Source: Escherichia phage FL23. From it: a stretch of 64,000 bases of DNA. Positions 61,442 through 64,000 of the stretch are shown here, one piece after another; position 1 is the stretch's first letter, and the number at the start of each line of letters is the position of its first letter. Location of the stretch: the sequence record PP400787. One strand, written 5' to 3'. Both the position numbers and the translations under genes were made by a program. Under the pieces are notes generated by a model. It was not told the origin of the DNA. It saw nothing but the letters and a program-made list of their open reading frames with translations, and did not search any database.

Positions 61442-61662
61442 TTTCATGGCATCAATTTGAACATCTCAAAGGATTGATTTATGAATCCGAGATGGCTGCA
61501 ATGATTTATGGACGCCAGATTCAACGGTTAGAATCTTTACCTCCAACTAATGATGTTTTATTAGCTCAATCTCGGGCTAATCTTAAAAATGAATACCAAA
61601 ATAAGTGGGGTAAAGCATCTAAAGACCTGCATGATTATATTCAATCATTGGTTGAGAAATAA
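61432..61662 (+). CDS. hypothetical protein, 76 aa
   Basis: ORF. Confidence 0.5.
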   Translation: MQMISWHQFEHLKGLIYESEMAAMIYGRQIQRLESLPPTNDVLLAQSRANLKNEYQNKWGKASKDLHDYIQSLVEK

Positions 61663-61665
61663 TAA

Positions 61666-62890
<1,225 letters not shown>

Positions 62891-62891
<1 letters not shown>

Positions 62892-63088
62892 TGGCTTTGC
62901 ATCATGAAACTTGGGCTATTGTTATTGTAAATAGCGGTTTAGTTGGTACTAGTAATGGTCAATTTTGTGATTTCACTAGTGAAATCAGAGCTTGGGAGGA
63001 ATGTCTTAAATTAAGAGAAAAGAATCCCGATGTTGAACTAACAGTAAAGAAAACTAAACTGCCTTTACCGTGGAAAACTTATGAATAA
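62891..63088 (+). CDS. hypothetical protein, 65 aa
   Basis: ORF; ATGA overlap. Confidence 0.45.
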
Positions 63089-63281
63089 TCTAGAAAAGAT
63101 TTATCGTCTTTGTGATAAAATTGAAAAAGAAAAGAAATATCTATTTTGTTTATGGCCTATTGTTGACGGAAGAGTAGGCCTAGATGTTCTTGATTATGAA
63201 ACAGAAGACAAAGTAGATGGTTCAACTTTTGATAACGCTTTGGATGTTATTGATTGGCTCGAAGAAAATTATGTGAGGTAA
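63081..63281 (+). CDS. hypothetical protein, 66 aa
   Basis: ORF. Confidence 0.45.
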   Translation: MNNLEKIYRLCDKIEKEKKYLFCLWPIVDGRVGLDVLDYETEDKVDGSTFDNALDVIDWLEENYVR

Positions 63282-63283
63282 AT

Positions 63284-63559
63284 ATGTTTCCGACTTACTC
63301 TAAAATCGTAGAAGTAGTGTTTAGCCAAATTATCGCTAATAACATGTTTGAAAAGCTTGATAATGCAGCTGAACTTCGAATCCACGCTCAAGTGACTCAT
63401 GTATTGAATACTTTGCTTCCAGACCAGGTGGATTCTGTTGCCATCACGTTGTATCCAGGTTCCGCGCATATCATTGTTGTATTCGGTCTTGATGCTGAGC
63501 TAGTCATCAAAGGCGATATTCGCTTTGAATCACAGACATCAGAATTCAAAGCAATTTAA
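63284..63559 (+). CDS. hypothetical protein, 91 aa
   Basis: ATG 63284 after GTGAGG; the track ORF begins at upstream TTG. Confidence 0.45.
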   Translation: MFPTYSKIVEVVFSQIIANNMFEKLDNAAELRIHAQVTHVLNTLLPDQVDSVAITLYPGSAHIIVVFGLDAELVIKGDIRFESQTSEFKAI

Positions 63560-63561
63560 TA

Positions 63562-63592
63562 GTTTACTTTACGGTAGAGTTGTGATATTATA
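63562..63592 (+). promoter_or_regulatory. T4-type early promoter
   Basis: gtttactttacggtagagttgtgatattatag. Confidence 0.5.
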
Positions 63593-63621
63593 GCTCTACC
63601 AAAACAAACGAGGAAATTGAA

Positions 63622-64000
63622 ATGAGCGAATGGTTTGAAGAAGATAAGGTTTATCGCTTTAAAACTGGGTATAAAGATATTTTTAATGAAACTTGCGGGG
63701 CTAATAAACGAATTGCCCAGTTTATTGGGGAAAATTCATTTAAAGTAAAAATAGATCCTGCGAAAAATGTTATTAGCATTAAACGCGAAATTGATGACTG
63801 CTGGTATAAAGCTGTTGATGTAATGGGCGAATCTTATAAAGTTAGCCCGTTATTTTCAATTGCTTATATGTTAGAATATTCTTTTTTCGAAGAAGTTCAA
63901 AAAGATGATTCTGTCAGTAAATTTGAAATTAAAGCTGATAAAGAAATTAAGTGGAAAGTAGTAGGTATTACTGGTTGTATGTTTTATATCTATGCTCAAA
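63622..64000 (+). CDS. hypothetical protein, 5' portion (runs off window end)
   Basis: ATG after GAGGAAA; open to the end of the window. Confidence 0.5.
   Translation, partial: MSEWFEEDKVYRFKTGYKDIFNETCGANKRIAQFIGENSFKVKIDPAKNVISIKREIDDCWYKAVDVMGESYKVSPLFSIAYMLEYSFFEEVQKDDSVSKFEIKADKEIKWKVVGITGCMFYIYAQ

Overview
This 64-kb window is a T-even (T4-like, Tequatrovirus-type) coliphage genome segment; many proteins are near-identical to T4 proteins as I remember them. No search was run: all identifications rest on my recall of T4 protein sequences, lengths and gene order, so coordinates are from the ORF track and manual reading and product names are recall-based. Early and middle genes run left to right on the + strand: imm, 42, a non-T4 glycosyltransferase, uvsX, 40, 41, dmd, sp, 61, 56, segF-like, soc, modB, modA, srd, dda, dexA, motB, a fused 39 (topoisomerase II large subunit), rIIA, rIIB, denB, ndd, 52, motA, asiA. 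The late tail-fibre/lysis block (34, 35, 36, 37, 38, t) is on the - strand. The + strand then continues with rnh, dsbA, 33, 59, 32, frd, td (group I intron with I-TevI), nrdA, nrdB (group I intron with a truncated endonuclease ORF), denA, rnlA (63), alc, a spanin pair and pseT. Conserved T4-type early promoters (GTTTAC, ~17-18 nt, TATAAT-like), late promoters (TATAAATA) and GC-hairpin terminators punctuate the map. The phage is not T4 itself: gene 39 is fused (no gene 60), gp38 is the glycine-rich adhesin type, the beta-gt slot holds a different 280-aa glycosyltransferase, dam is absent from the 61-56 interval, and the rIIB-52 region is short. The most interesting loci are around the ribonucleotide reductase genes: nrdA is split in two by an HNH endonuclease gene, and a 544-codon ORF with a Vsr/DUF559-like nuclease core sits between nrdA and nrdB. 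Other candidates are an extra ORF between frd and td, and a reverse-strand membrane ORF with a strong ribosome-binding site between 61 and 56.
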